A stretch of DNA of 64,000 nt from an uncultured Gemmatimonadales bacterium (lineage in GTDB: Bacteria; Gemmatimonadota; Gemmatimonadetes; Longimicrobiales; RSA9). Under the pieces are notes generated by a model. That model searched no databases. It was not told where the DNA came from and worked only from the letters and a program-made list of their open reading frames with translations. Both the position numbers and the translations under genes were made by a program. Where the stretch lies: positions 4,064,001-4,128,000 of the forward strand of contig OY970192.1 in the NCBI GenBank assembly GCA_963708135.1, read 5' to 3'. The number at the start of each line of letters is the position of its first letter. Position 1 is the first letter of the stretch. This document shows positions 1 to 9,939 of the stretch, piece by piece.

Positions 1-38
1 ATCACCTGGTGCGCTGCTTCCGGCACGGCGAGGTCTAG
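1..38 (+). CDS. 3' end of a gene entering the window (HLVRCFRHGEV*), possibly an oligopeptide ABC ATPase C-terminus
   Basis: Frame from position 3 reads HLVRCFRHGEV then TAG at 36-38, 1 nt before the next ORF. It resembles the HxVxC tail of Dpp/Opp ATPases. Confidence 0.3.
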   Translation, partial: HLVRCFRHGEV

Positions 39-39
39 A

Positions 40-1059
40 GTGGCGTTGAGGCGGACGCCCGCGCACCGAGCGCCGGACGGCCGGTTCGTGAACCCCTGGC
101 CGACGGCGGAGGGGGCCGAGCACGGCGCCGGCGACATGCTGCGCTGGATGTGGGAGCGACAGCGGAACGGGGTGGCGCCGAACCCTCCGGCGGAGGCGCT
201 GCCGGTGGTGGAGAGCGACATCGCGGCGCCGCGGGGCGCGCCGGGCGAGCTGCGCGTCACCTGGGTCGGGCACTCGACGCTCCTGGTCCAGATCGGACCG
301 TACAACGTACTGACGGACCCGGTGTGGGGCCGGCGTGCCTCGCCCGTTTCCTGGGCGGGTCCGGCACGGCTGGCGCCGCCGGGCATCGAGCTCGATGCAC
401 TGCCGCCGATCGACGCCGTTGTGCTCTCGCACGATCACTACGACCACCTGGACGACCCGACCGTCCGGCGGCTGCACGAGCGCTACCCGGACTCACTGGT
501 GTGGCTCACCCCACTTGGCTACAGCCACTGGCTCAGGCGGCGCGGGATCCGGCAGGTGGGCGAGCTGGATTGGTGGCAGGCGGCGACACTGGACACGCAG
601 GGCGCACCGCTGTCGCTGCGCCTCACCCCTGCGCAGCACTGGACCCGGCGCGGGCCCGGCCGGCAGCGGCGGCTGTGGGGCTCGTGGGCCCTGCGAGGGC
701 CGGGCGGCGCCAGCTTCTACTTCGGCGGGGACACCGGCTACTTCCCCGGCTTCCGTGAGATCGGCGAGCGGGCCGGGCCGTTCGATGCGCTGGCGCTTCC
801 GATCGGGGCGTACGAGCCGCGCTGGTTCATGCGGCCGATGCACATGAACCCGGAGGAAGCGGTGCAGGCGTATGGCGAGCTGGGCGGCCGCGGCACCTTC
901 GTCGCGACGCACTGGGGCACGTTCCGGCTGACGGACGAGCCGGTGCTGGAACCGCCGGTCCGGGTGCGGCGTGCATGGCGCGCGGCGGGCCGCGCGGACG
1001 CCGCTCTGGCCGTGCTCCGCCACGGCGAGTCCATCCGGATTCCGACGGAAGCGGCGTGA
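40..1059 (+). CDS. MBL-fold metallo-hydrolase (NAPE-PLD/RomA-like)
   Basis: TWVGHST, LTDPVW, SHDHYDHLD metal motif, PAQHW, GGDTGY, HWGTF. Confidence 0.9.
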   Translation: MALRRTPAHRAPDGRFVNPWPTAEGAEHGAGDMLRWMWERQRNGVAPNPPAEALPVVESDIAAPRGAPGELRVTWVGHSTLLVQIGPYNVLTDPVWGRRASPVSWAGPARLAPPGIELDALPPIDAVVLSHDHYDHLDDPTVRRLHERYPDSLVWLTPLGYSHWLRRRGIRQVGELDWWQAATLDTQGAPLSLRLTPAQHWTRRGPGRQRRLWGSWALRGPGGASFYFGGDTGYFPGFREIGERAGPFDALALPIGAYEPRWFMRPMHMNPEEAVQAYGELGGRGTFVATHWGTFRLTDEPVLEPPVRVRRAWRAAGRADAALAVLRHGESIRIPTEAA

Positions 1060-1390
1060 AGCGGCCGGCAGCAGCCGCGCCCGGACGGACCACGCGGTGC
1101 GGGGGTGTCGGATCGCGACGGGCGCGAGCAAAAAGTAGCGGGTGGCCGCGGTGTCGGCGCAGCGCGCAACCCGATCGGCCGGGGGCACGAAACGCGAGCG
1201 AGAGGGAAAACGTAGTGGAACGCTAGGGAGTTTCGCGGCGAAGAACGAGGATGGCGCGGGCCCCTCGAAGCGTAGATTGGCGCCGGGGGTGTAGGGAACG
1301 GGGCTTGCGGAACGTTCCTATTGGAGGGGGATAAGAGAAGAGGGCCACGACTGATGGAGGACGGGGTCTTCGAGGGAAGGGAGCAGGATC

Positions 1391-1810
1391 GTGATCATTC
1401 CCTGCAGCTACGAGGAGCTGATGGCGCTGACGTCCGGCGCGGAACGCGTGCTTGGCGTGCTGGCCGGAGGCACGGGCGTGCTGGCGCCGCCCGAGGAAAC
1501 GGCGGAGGTCGAGGCGCTGCTCAGCCGGCTGGACGGGGACCTGGAGGTCCACACGCTGGCGGAGCAGCAGCGCGTCGCCCACGCGGTCGAGTTGATCCTG
1601 GAGACGCTCCGGGAGCGGATGGACGAGGCGGTGCTGACGCAGCACGTGGGGGCGGAGGACGCCGTCGTCGCCTACTTCGACTATGCGCACGTACTCACGA
1701 TCGATGACCGGCTGTCGCGCGTTGGCGCGCAGATGACGGGCATGATCGAGCTGATGACCGGGGCTCCGCCGGACGAGGACACGGCGCGGGAGATCAACTT
1801 CGGGGACTGA
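1391..1810 (+). CDS. Hypothetical acidic alpha-helical protein (139 aa)
   Basis: Protein-like composition, GC3-rich codons, purine-rich RBS (GGGAAGGGAG) upstream of GTG. Confidence 0.7.
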   Translation: MIIPCSYEELMALTSGAERVLGVLAGGTGVLAPPEETAEVEALLSRLDGDLEVHTLAEQQRVAHAVELILETLRERMDEAVLTQHVGAEDAVVAYFDYAHVLTIDDRLSRVGAQMTGMIELMTGAPPDEDTAREINFGD

Positions 1811-1912
1811 TCCGGGCAGGGACGGGAACGAGGTCGGCGGGCCGACCCTCGAGAGGGCCGGCCCGTGGCGTATCCGGTATCCCAGCACGGACCGGGAAAC
1901 GGTCCACTAGAA

Positions 1913-3079
1913 CTAGACGACGTTGTACTCGCCCGTCGCCGAAGCATCCTCGAAGCGGGTCCACCGGAGTGGCTCGATATCGACGGTGCGGGCGCGGCCG
2001 TCGAGGATCTCCTCTGCCAGGAGCAGCCCGGCGACCGGGCCGTGCATGAGGCCGTGGCCGCTGAAGCCGGTGCAGGCGTAGAGCCCGTCGATCTGCGGCA
2101 GACGCCCGAGGATCGGCTGGTCATCGGGAGTCACCTCGTAGAGCCCGGCCCACTCGGCCGCCAGACCGGCCTCAGCGAGGAGCGGGAGCCTCTCGATCGC
2201 GTGGGCGATGTGGACGGCGCGCCACTCGGGATCCACCGAGGTCTCGAAGCCCGGCGGCTCGTCGGGGTTGGACATGCCGGTCAGCACGCCGCCGCTCTCA
2301 CGGTGGAAGTAGAGGGCGCGGCTGAAGTCGATCACGAAAGGGAACTCCGGCGCCAGCGCCGGGAGTGGCGTGGTGACGGCGATCTGACGGCGCACGGGGC
2401 GGACCGGGAGATCGATGCCGGCCAGGCGGCCGACCTCGCCCGACCATGGCCCGGCGGCGATCACGACCCGGGGCGCATCGATGTCACCGAGCGGGGTGGT
2501 CACGCCGAGGACGCGACCGGCCTCCGCCCGGATGGCGAGCACGGGCGCACGCGTGAGCAACGTCGCCCCCAGGCGGCGGGCGTTCCGCAGATAGCCCGAG
2601 AGCACGCCGTGCGGGTCCACCAGCCCATCCCGCGCGCAGAAGCTGCCGCCGAGGATCCCCTCCAGCGTGACCTGCGGCACCAGGTCCGCGATCTCGGCCG
2701 GACCCACCATCCGGCTGCCCACGCCCAGGCGGTTCTGCAGCGCCACGGCGGCGCGGAACCGCGCCAGGTCGCCTTCCCCGTCCAGCAGGAACAGGTAACC
2801 GCAGAGCCGCAGCTCGACCTCCTGCTCCAGCTCCTCCGGGAACCGCTCCAGCATCGCGATGCTCTCCCTCGAGAGCTCGACGTTTACGGCCGTCGAGAAC
2901 TGGTGACGGACGCCACCCGCGTTCAGGCCGGTGGCGCCCGCGCCGAAGAGCTCGGCGGCCTCGAGCAGGACGACATCGCCGCACCCCCGGGCGGCAAGGT
3001 GATACGCGGTGCTGGCGCCCATCACGCCGCCCCCGATCACCACCACCTCCGCCGTGCCCGGCAGACGTCCTCCGCTCAT
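1913..3079 (-). CDS. FAD-dependent oxidoreductase, DAO/sarcosine oxidase beta family
   Basis: VVIGGGVMG Rossmann motif, AAGPWS, WAGLYEVTPD, GFSGHG. Confidence 0.92.
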   Translation of the reverse strand: MSGGRLPGTAEVVVIGGGVMGASTAYHLAARGCGDVVLLEAAELFGAGATGLNAGGVRHQFSTAVNVELSRESIAMLERFPEELEQEVELRLCGYLFLLDGEGDLARFRAAVALQNRLGVGSRMVGPAEIADLVPQVTLEGILGGSFCARDGLVDPHGVLSGYLRNARRLGATLLTRAPVLAIRAEAGRVLGVTTPLGDIDAPRVVIAAGPWSGEVGRLAGIDLPVRPVRRQIAVTTPLPALAPEFPFVIDFSRALYFHRESGGVLTGMSNPDEPPGFETSVDPEWRAVHIAHAIERLPLLAEAGLAAEWAGLYEVTPDDQPILGRLPQIDGLYACTGFSGHGLMHGPVAGLLLAEEILDGRARTVDIEPLRWTRFEDASATGEYNVV

Positions 3080-3424
3080 GGCTCGGCGCCGCTGCTCACG
3101 ACCCGTTTCCCCATGGGCGCCAATGTAGCGCGCCCGGCCCGTCGCGACACCGGGCCGGGTTCGCGGCGCCGCGGCCGGCCCCGCCGCGGCGGTCGTGAGG
3201 ACGGTCGCTCCGGTCCCGCTCCCGGTGCTCCTCGGCGGCCGTACTCCGGCGCATGGGTGGGCGCCGTGCCGAGAATCAGTAGTGTTCTACAGATTCCGGA
3301 TGGGAACAGATCCGGCGAATGGAGCGTATCTCCGGCAGGTACTGGAACCGTGGCGGCGCTCCGGTTAGCTTTTCCGGGCGCACACGATGACAGGCAATGA
3401 GGATCCTCCGGGAAGGGAGGCCGA

Positions 3425-4144
3425 GTGACGGGGCTGGGAAGGCGTGCATCGGCATACTGGGAGCGCGTGCGGAAGCCGGCGATGATGTTCGTGGTAGGGA
3501 TGGCGCTGGCGGGTCCGTCGAGCGCGTTCCTGGTCCAGGAGCGGGCGGCGCGCGCGGTAGCGCCCGCCGCGCCGGAGGCGCTGGCGAGCGGCATCGACTG
3601 GAACACGGCAGACATGACGGAGCGTCGCGCGGCGCTGACGCTGCGGCTGGCGCAGCTCTTCGATGTCCCGCTGGGTCTGGCGACGGAGATCCATTCCGCG
3701 GCTGAGCAGGAGGGGATTCCCGCACGGCTGGCGTTCGGGCTGGTGCGCACGGAGTCGAGCTTCAAGCGGACGGCGGTTTCACCGGTGGGGGCGGTGGGGT
3801 ACACGCAGCTCATGCCCGCGACGGCGCGGCTCTTCAGGCCGGGGCTGACGCGGCAGGAGTTGTTCGAGCCAGCGGTGAACCTGCACGTGGGGTTCCGCTA
3901 CCTGCACGAGCTGATGGACCGCTACGATGGCGACGTCCGGCTGGCGCTCACGGCGTACAATCGTGGTCCGGGGATCGTGGACCGGCTGGTGGAGCGTGGC
4001 CGCGACCCGGAGAACGGGTATGCCGACCTGGTGTTGCGGGACCCTGCGTCGGAGCCGCGAGGGACGAGCACGCCAGTGGTGCTCGCCGCACGGCGGACGA
4101 AGGTGGTGCGCAAGGGACGCGGACGGCGGCGGCCCGCCAGCTGA
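3425..4144 (+). CDS. Lytic transglycosylase (SLT domain), N-terminal signal/anchor
   Basis: Catalytic ESS, GAVGYTQLMP and ALTAYNRGPG SLT motifs. Confidence 0.9.
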   Translation: MTGLGRRASAYWERVRKPAMMFVVGMALAGPSSAFLVQERAARAVAPAAPEALASGIDWNTADMTERRAALTLRLAQLFDVPLGLATEIHSAAEQEGIPARLAFGLVRTESSFKRTAVSPVGAVGYTQLMPATARLFRPGLTRQELFEPAVNLHVGFRYLHELMDRYDGDVRLALTAYNRGPGIVDRLVERGRDPENGYADLVLRDPASEPRGTSTPVVLAARRTKVVRKGRGRRRPAS

Positions 4145-4167
4145 CGGCGTCGGACGCCAGAGTCGGG

Positions 4168-4205
4168 AGCGCCGGTCCTCCACGCTGGAGGGCGGGCGCT
4201 TTCTC
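4168..4205 (+). terminator. Probable intrinsic terminator between the convergent SLT and pfkA genes
   Basis: Interrupted stem AGCGCC..CCTCCA-cgc-TGGAGG..GGCGCT followed by TTCT. Confidence 0.45.
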
Positions 4206-4242
4206 GTGCTGTCGAGCAGGAGCCCGGCGCTCGGGGCTCGGA

Positions 4243-5337
4243 TCAGTCGCCGAAGGAGATTCCGACGTCGCGGGCGGTGAGGATGATGTCGGAGTCGAGA
4301 GCGACGCGCTTGAGCTCCCGGACGGCGTCCTCGATCGGCACGGCGCGCATCTCGGCGTCGGCGAAGGCGACCATGCTTCCGAACCTCCGCTCCGCCACGA
4401 GGCGGACGGCGGCGGCGCCGAAGCGCTGCGCGATGAGGCGGTCGTAGGCGGTGGGGGTGCCACCGCGCTGGAGGTGTCCGAGCACGAGGGAGCGGGACTC
4501 GCGGCCGGTGCGGCGGGAGATCTCGTCGGCGACCTGCTCGGCAATGCCGCCGTAGCGGGCCTCGCGGCCCGGCTCGGCTCTGCTCAGGAGCTCGGCGTAG
4601 CCGCCGGCCGGCGTGGCGCCCTCGGCGGCGACCACGATCGCGAAGCGGCGTCCGGCGTTGTAGCGGGCCTGGATCTTCTCGGCGACGCGGTCGTAGTCGA
4701 AGGGGATCTCGGGAACGAGAATGACATCGGCGGTCCCTGCGAGGCCGGCGTAGAGCGCGATCCAGCCGGTGTGGCGGCCCATCACCTCGACGACCATGAC
4801 GCGCTCGTGGCTCTCGGCGGTGGAGTGCAGCTTGTCGATGGCGTCGGTCGCGGTCTGGACGGCGGTGTGGAAGCCGAAGGTCAGCTGAGTGCAGGCGAGG
4901 TCGTTATCGATGGTCTTGGGCACGCCGACGACGGGGAGCCCCTTGGCGGCGAGACGGCTCGCGATGCGGAGCGAGCCGTCTCCGCCGATCGCGATGAGCG
5001 CATCGAATCCGTGGCGGCGGAAGGCGGCGAGCACCTCGTCGGAGCGGTCCACCGTGGCCACGACGCCGCCCGGTCCGGGAAGGGGCCACTCGAAGGGGTT
5101 GCCGCGGTTGGTGGTCCCGAGGATGGTCCCGCCGATGTGGGTGATGCCGCGGACGGACTCGGCATAGAGGCGGGTGATCGCGTCTTCGCCGAGCAGGCCG
5201 CCGTAGCCCTTCCGGACGCCGTAGACCTCCCAGCCGCGGTGTATGGCGGACAGGACGGCGGCGCGCAGAACCGCGTTCAGGCCGGGCGCGTCGCCGCCGC
5301 CGGTGTTGAGCGCGATTCGCTGGATGGCTCGGGGCAT
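4243..5337 (-). CDS. pfkA: 6-phosphofructokinase (PfkA family, likely ATP-dependent group III)
   Basis: GGGDAPGLN, IGGDGS, PKTIDND, EVMGRHTG, LGHLQRGG. Confidence 0.93.
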   Translation of the reverse strand: MPRAIQRIALNTGGGDAPGLNAVLRAAVLSAIHRGWEVYGVRKGYGGLLGEDAITRLYAESVRGITHIGGTILGTTNRGNPFEWPLPGPGGVVATVDRSDEVLAAFRRHGFDALIAIGGDGSLRIASRLAAKGLPVVGVPKTIDNDLACTQLTFGFHTAVQTATDAIDKLHSTAESHERVMVVEVMGRHTGWIALYAGLAGTADVILVPEIPFDYDRVAEKIQARYNAGRRFAIVVAAEGATPAGGYAELLSRAEPGREARYGGIAEQVADEISRRTGRESRSLVLGHLQRGGTPTAYDRLIAQRFGAAAVRLVAERRFGSMVAFADAEMRAVPIEDAVRELKRVALDSDIILTARDVGISFGD

Positions 5338-5349
5338 CGGGTCAGCGGC

Positions 5350-5568
5350 TCAGGCGAGGGCGTCGCGGATCTCTTCCCAGGACGGGTGCCGGCCGGTCCG
5401 GCGCTTCGAGAAGATGAGCTCCCCATCGCGGCTCACCTCGAAGACACCGCCTCTGGACTCGACCAGCTCGACGTCGGTGCCGGGGAACGCTTCCGCGATC
5501 GAGGCCTCCAGCCTGGAGGCACGCGGGAAGTAGTTTCAGACGCCGCAATACTCGATCCTGACGTGCAT
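5350..5568 (-). CDS. SelW/SelT/SelH (Rdx) family selenoprotein, 72 aa, Sec at codon 11
   Basis: Manual translation MHVRIEYCGV(UGA)NYFPRASRLEASIAEAFPGTDVELVESRGGVFEVSRDGELIFSKRRTGRHPSWEEIRDALA*. CxxU plus GxFEV..IFSK..GRxP Rdx signature; RBS GAGGAGAGG; absent from the ORF track. Confidence 0.88.
5490..5530 (-). other. Bacterial SECIS-like stem-loop
   Basis: After the UGA (5536-5538): lower stem CUUCC(C)GCG/CGCGGAAG and upper stem GCCUCCA-GGC-UGGAGGC (5504-5520), which starts 15 nt after the UGA and has a G-containing apical loop. Confidence 0.7.
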
Positions 5569-5647
5569 CGGCCTCTCCTCGGGAAGACGGCTTCGCCGGC
5601 CGGGCGCGGTCCGCGGAGCCCCTGGAGCCGCGCCTCGTCGCGCGGAA

Positions 5648-5676
5648 AGCGTAGCAGGCGGCTTGCGGCGCGTCAA
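5648..5676 (-). promoter_or_regulatory. Sigma70-type promoter for the selW-pfkA operon
   Basis: TTGACG-17 nt-TACGCT on the minus strand. Confidence 0.65.
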
Positions 5677-5808
5677 CGGAGCGCGCGCCCGAGCCGGATC
5701 GGCGGGGTCGCCACCCCTTCCTCACCTTCGGGTGCGGCTTTAGGTTGAGGCGGAAAGGCGTGCGGGCGCGCGCCTCGTGCCCGTTCTCGGGGGAAGGACC
5801 GAATTGAA

Positions 5809-6105
5809 ATGCCGACCGAAAAGGACATCCGAAAGGTGCTCCGCCGGGTCAAGGACCCGGAGCTGAACCTCGACGTGGTGGTGCTCGGACTCGTCTACGG
5901 CGTGGAGGTGCAGGACTCGCACGTGCACGTGACGATGTCGCTGACGACGCCGATGTGCCCGGCGGGCGGGCAGATCGTGGAGGAGGCGAAAGCGGCGGTC
6001 GAGTCGATGGAGGGGGTGGAATCCGCGGACGTCGAGCTGACCTTCGAGCCGCCGTGGTCGCCGGACCGGATCGATCCGCTGATCCGCTCCGCGCTGGGGA
6101 TCTGA
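5809..6105 (+). CDS. Metal-sulfur cluster assembly factor (DUF59, SufT/PaaD-like)
   Basis: VKDPEL..VV.LGLVY, LTTPMCP, FEPPWSPD motifs. Confidence 0.92.
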   Translation: MPTEKDIRKVLRRVKDPELNLDVVVLGLVYGVEVQDSHVHVTMSLTTPMCPAGGQIVEEAKAAVESMEGVESADVELTFEPPWSPDRIDPLIRSALGI

Positions 6106-6163
6106 GGCGGGGCCGGGGGACGCGGCCGGTGGGACGCGGGGGCCCGACGCGGATGCGCGGGGC

Positions 6164-6961
6164 GTGAGGGTCCGAGAAGCGGGATCCGGTGAAGCCGTGC
6201 TGCTGGTGCACGGCTTTCCCTTTTCCTCCCGGCTCTGGGCTGAGCAGCTCGCGCGGCCGCCGGAGGGATGGCGCCTGATCGCGCCGGACCTGCCGGGCTT
6301 CGGCGAGAGCCCACCTCCGGCCGCGGCCGTCGATGCGTATTCCATGGACCTGTTCGCTGACGTGCTCGCGGCGCTGCTGGACGAGAAGGGGATCGGGAAG
6401 GCGGTCGTGTGCGGGCTGTCGATGGGCGGCTACATCGCCCTGGCGCTCTGGAGGCGCCACCGCGACCGGGTCGCCGCGCTGGTGCTGGCGGACACCCGTG
6501 CCGAGACGGACGACGCGGCGGCGCGAGCGGCGCGCGCGAGCTCCACGGCAGGGGTGCGGGCGCGCGGCTCCGTCGCGGAGGCGGTGGAGTCCATGCTGCC
6601 GCGCCTGCTTTCCGCCGCCACGCTCCGGGACCGACCGGGCGTCGTGAAGCGGCTCCGCGGCATGATGGAGACGACGCCAGTGGAGACGTTCGCCCGCGCC
6701 CAGACCGGCATGGCCGTGCGACCGGACTCCACCGGGCTGCTCCCGGCGATCGACGTGCCCGCGCTGGTGGTGGTAGGCGCGGAGGACGGCATCACCCCGC
6801 CCGCCGCAGCCCGGGCGATGGCGGCGGCGATTCCGGGGGCGGCGCTCCGGGTGATCCCGGCAGCGGGCCACGTGACGCCGCCGGAGGTACCGGCCGCGTT
6901 CGGCGCGGCACTGTCCGGCTTCCTGGAAGGACTCAGGCCTCGTCGCCCGCCTGGGCGATGA
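6164..6961 (+). CDS. Alpha/beta-fold hydrolase
   Basis: LVHGFP, PDLPGFG, GLSMGG nucleophile elbow, GAED, AGH. Confidence 0.9.
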   Translation: MRVREAGSGEAVLLVHGFPFSSRLWAEQLARPPEGWRLIAPDLPGFGESPPPAAAVDAYSMDLFADVLAALLDEKGIGKAVVCGLSMGGYIALALWRRHRDRVAALVLADTRAETDDAAARAARASSTAGVRARGSVAEAVESMLPRLLSAATLRDRPGVVKRLRGMMETTPVETFARAQTGMAVRPDSTGLLPAIDVPALVVVGAEDGITPPAAARAMAAAIPGAALRVIPAAGHVTPPEVPAAFGAALSGFLEGLRPRRPPGR

Positions 6962-9452
6962 GCTCGAGCTGGGTCTCTCCGTCCGATTCGTCGTCCTCGC
7001 CACCCGCCGTCCCTCCCTCCTCCCGCTCCTTGGCCACGCGCGCGACCTCGACCACGCGATCGCCCTCCCCGAGGGGGACGAGCCGGCGGCCCTGGGTGTT
7101 GCGGCCCTGCTCGGGGATCGCCTCGGCCGCGAGGCGAGCCGCCACGCCGCTGGCGGCAATGACCATCAACTCGTCGCCGGCCAGGAGCTCCTTGGCGGCG
7201 ACGACGGCGCCGGTGCGGTCGGAGACATCGAGGGTGATGTTGCCGAGGCCGCCGCGCTTCTGGATCGGGTAGGCATCAATGGGCGTGCGCTTGGCGTAGC
7301 CGAGGGCGGTGACGGTGCAGAGGCTGGCCTCCCGGCGCACGACGACCATGCCGACAATGGCGTCGTCGCCGCGCAGCTTGATGCCAATGACGCCCTGGGC
7401 CGTCCGACCCATGGTTGGCACGTCGATCTCGGGGAAGCGGATGGCGCGGCCGGCGCGGGTAACGAGGACGACGTCGTTGGAGCCATCCGAGAGCTGGACG
7501 TCGAGCAGCTGGTCGCCCTGCTGTATCCTGATGGCGTTGATGCCGCCGGTGCGGATGTTGGCGAACTGGTCGAGGGCGGTCCGCTTGACGTTTCCGCCCG
7601 CGGTCAGGAACAGGAGCAGGCGGTCCTCGCTGAACTCGGAGACGGCGACGAGGGCGGCGAGGCGCTCCTGCCGCTCGAGGTCGAGGAGCTGGGCGACGGC
7701 CTTTCCGCGGCTGGCGCGGCTGCCCTCGGGGACATCGCGCACGGGGATGGCGTGCGCCTGGCCCTCGGCGGTGAAGAAGACGAGCGTGTCCGTGGTGCTG
7801 GCGATGAAGACGTGCTCGAGGAAGTCCTCTTCGTAGCGCTCCATCCCGGCGAGCGCCTTGCCCGAGCCGATGCGGCGCCGGTAGAGCGACATCGGGACGC
7901 GCTTGATGTAGCCCTGGTGGGAGACGGTGATGACCACGTCCTCCTGGGCGACGAAGTCCTCGACGGAGAACTCGGCCTCGCCGGCCACGATGGTGGTGCG
8001 GCGGGGATCGCCGAAACGCTCGACGACGGAGTCGAGCTCCTCGATGAGCACCTCGAGCTGGCGCTTCTCGCTGCCGAGGATGCCCTCCAGCTCGCGGATC
8101 CGGCGGCGCAGCTCCTTCAGCTGGCTGCGGAGATCCTCGGTCTCGAGAGAGGTCAGTCGGCCGAGGCGCATGTCGAGGATCGCCCTGGCCTGGGCCTCGG
8201 AGAGCTCGAAGCGCTTCTGCAGGCGGGCGGACGCATCCTCGCGGTCGCGGGCCTTCCTGATGATGGCGATGACCGCGTCAATGTTGTCCAGTGCGACGAG
8301 CAGGCCCTCGACGATGTGTGCTTCCTGGCGGGCCTTCTCGAGGTCGAACTGCGCGCGGCGGCGGATCACCTCGATGCGGTGGTCGCGGTAGCATTCGAGG
8401 ATCTGTCTGAGGTTCATCTCCTTCGGCCGGCCGTGGTCGAGCGCGAGCATGATGGCGCCGAAGGTGGATTGCAGGTAGGTGTGCTTGTAGAGGGCGTTCA
8501 GGATCGGCTTGGTCTGCGCGCCGCGCTTCAGCTCGATGACGATGCGCATGCCATCGCGGTCGGACTCATCACGCAGGTCCGCGATGTCCTCGACCCGGCG
8601 CAGGCGGGCCAGGTCCGCGATCTGCTCGATGACCTTGGACTTCGAGACGCCGTACGGCAGCTCCGTCACGACCAGCTGCTCGCGCCCCCCGCGGCGGGTC
8701 TCCTTCTGCACCCGCGCCCGCATGATCATGCGTCCGCGTCCGGTCCGGTAGGCGTCCTGGATCCCGCCCGCGCCGATGATGAACCCGCCGGTCGGGAAGT
8801 CCGGCCCGGGGACGTGGGCGATCAGGTCATCCAGCGTGCAGTCAGGGTGGGCGACGAGGTGCTTCACCGCGTTCGCGACCTCGCGCAGGTTGTGGGGCGG
8901 GATATTGGTGGCCATGCCGACCGCGATGCCGCTCGAGCCGTTGACCAGCAGGTTGGGGAGCCGGGACGGCAGGACCGTCGGCTCCTCGAGGCGGTCATCG
9001 AAGTTCGGCGCGAAGTCGACCGTGCCCCGGTCGAGGTCGGTCAGCAGCTCGACGGACAGCGGGGTCAGGCGGGCCTCGGTGTAGCGGTAGGCGGCCGCGT
9101 TGTCGCCATCGACCGAGCCGAAATTCCCCTGGCCGTCCACCAGCGGATAGCGCAGCGAGAAGTCCTGCACCATACGCACGAGCGCGTCGTAGACCGCGGT
9201 GTCGCCGTGCGGGTGGTACTTGCCCAGCACCTCGCCCACCACCGTCGCGCTCTTCTTGTAGGGGCGGGTCGGGCCGAGGCCCAGCTCGCTCATGGCGTAC
9301 AGGATGCGCCGGTGCACGGGCTTCAGCCCGTCCCGCACGTCCGGCAGCGCGCGCTGCACGATCACGCTCATGGAGTAATCGAGGAAGGAGTCCCTCATCT
9401 CCTCCTCGATGAGGCGGGGCACCACCCTCTCGCGCCTGGTCGGCATCGCCAT
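6933..9452 (-). CDS. gyrA: Type IIA topoisomerase A subunit (GyrA/ParC); GyrA-box degenerate, so possibly ParC
   Basis: [23 protein letters not shown], catalytic [11 protein letters not shown], six-blade CTD; blade 1 reads [10 protein letters not shown] instead of QxRGGKG. Confidence 0.9.
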   Translation of the reverse strand: MAMPTRRERVVPRLIEEEMRDSFLDYSMSVIVQRALPDVRDGLKPVHRRILYAMSELGLGPTRPYKKSATVVGEVLGKYHPHGDTAVYDALVRMVQDFSLRYPLVDGQGNFGSVDGDNAAAYRYTEARLTPLSVELLTDLDRGTVDFAPNFDDRLEEPTVLPSRLPNLLVNGSSGIAVGMATNIPPHNLREVANAVKHLVAHPDCTLDDLIAHVPGPDFPTGGFIIGAGGIQDAYRTGRGRMIMRARVQKETRRGGREQLVVTELPYGVSKSKVIEQIADLARLRRVEDIADLRDESDRDGMRIVIELKRGAQTKPILNALYKHTYLQSTFGAIMLALDHGRPKEMNLRQILECYRDHRIEVIRRRAQFDLEKARQEAHIVEGLLVALDNIDAVIAIIRKARDREDASARLQKRFELSEAQARAILDMRLGRLTSLETEDLRSQLKELRRRIRELEGILGSEKRQLEVLIEELDSVVERFGDPRRTTIVAGEAEFSVEDFVAQEDVVITVSHQGYIKRVPMSLYRRRIGSGKALAGMERYEEDFLEHVFIASTTDTLVFFTAEGQAHAIPVRDVPEGSRASRGKAVAQLLDLERQERLAALVAVSEFSEDRLLLFLTAGGNVKRTALDQFANIRTGGINAIRIQQGDQLLDVQLSDGSNDVVLVTRAGRAIRFPEIDVPTMGRTAQGVIGIKLRGDDAIVGMVVVRREASLCTVTALGYAKRTPIDAYPIQKRGGLGNITLDVSDRTGAVVAAKELLAGDELMVIAASGVAARLAAEAIPEQGRNTQGRRLVPLGEGDRVVEVARVAKEREEGGTAGGEDDESDGETQLELIAQAGDEA

Positions 9453-9687
9453 GCTGGTCGGTCTCCGTCAGTTCAGAACCACATTCATCGCCACTCGCCC
9501 CGCCTCCTCCCCGAGGGAGAGGAATAGGGCGCCGGCGAAGGTGAGTAAAGGGGAGCGGGCACCGGCGGCGCGTCGCGGCGGCGCGGCGCGCATCTTCGGG
9601 TTCCGTTCGGCATGCGTAAAGTGGCCCCGGAGGGTTCGGCGCGCCAGGGCGTGCACCGTGCGGGGGCGGGAGGTCGGGTTCGGGCGG

Positions 9688-9939
9688 TCAGGCGGGAGCG
9701 GATCCCTCGGAGCGGAGCAGGTCGGCGATGCGGGTGCGGAGCGGCTGGGGGCAGGGCTTCTGGCCCTGAGCAGCGCTGTGGAGCGCGTCCTGGAAGGCAG
9801 TGGAGAAGCGGAGCACGGGGTAGCACCCCTGGCAGACTTCCATGTGGTGGCGAACGGCCTGGGCGTCCTCCTGGGGCAGCTCGCCGTCGAGGTACTCGTA
9901 GAGGCGGGCGAGGGCCTCGATGCACTCGTTTCTGCTCAT
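9688..9939 (-). CDS. Zinc-finger anti-sigma factor (zf-HC2/ZAS)
   Basis: MSRNEC..LYEYLDGEL..HMEVCQGC (HxxxCxxC); ATGA overlap with the sigma stop codon. Confidence 0.88.
   Translation of the reverse strand: MSRNECIEALARLYEYLDGELPQEDAQAVRHHMEVCQGCYPVLRFSTAFQDALHSAAQGQKPCPQPLRTRIADLLRSEGSAPA

Noticed and set aside
3076..3114. 12-codon uORF MGKRVVSSGAEP overlapping the DAO start, with TACATT upstream
   Set aside because: Too short and lacking regulatory codon bias; cannot be distinguished from chance.
3240..3424. c-di-AMP or c-di-GMP riboswitch before the lytic transglycosylase
   Set aside because: Lower-GC promoter-like DNA, but I could not match the conserved aptamer motifs.
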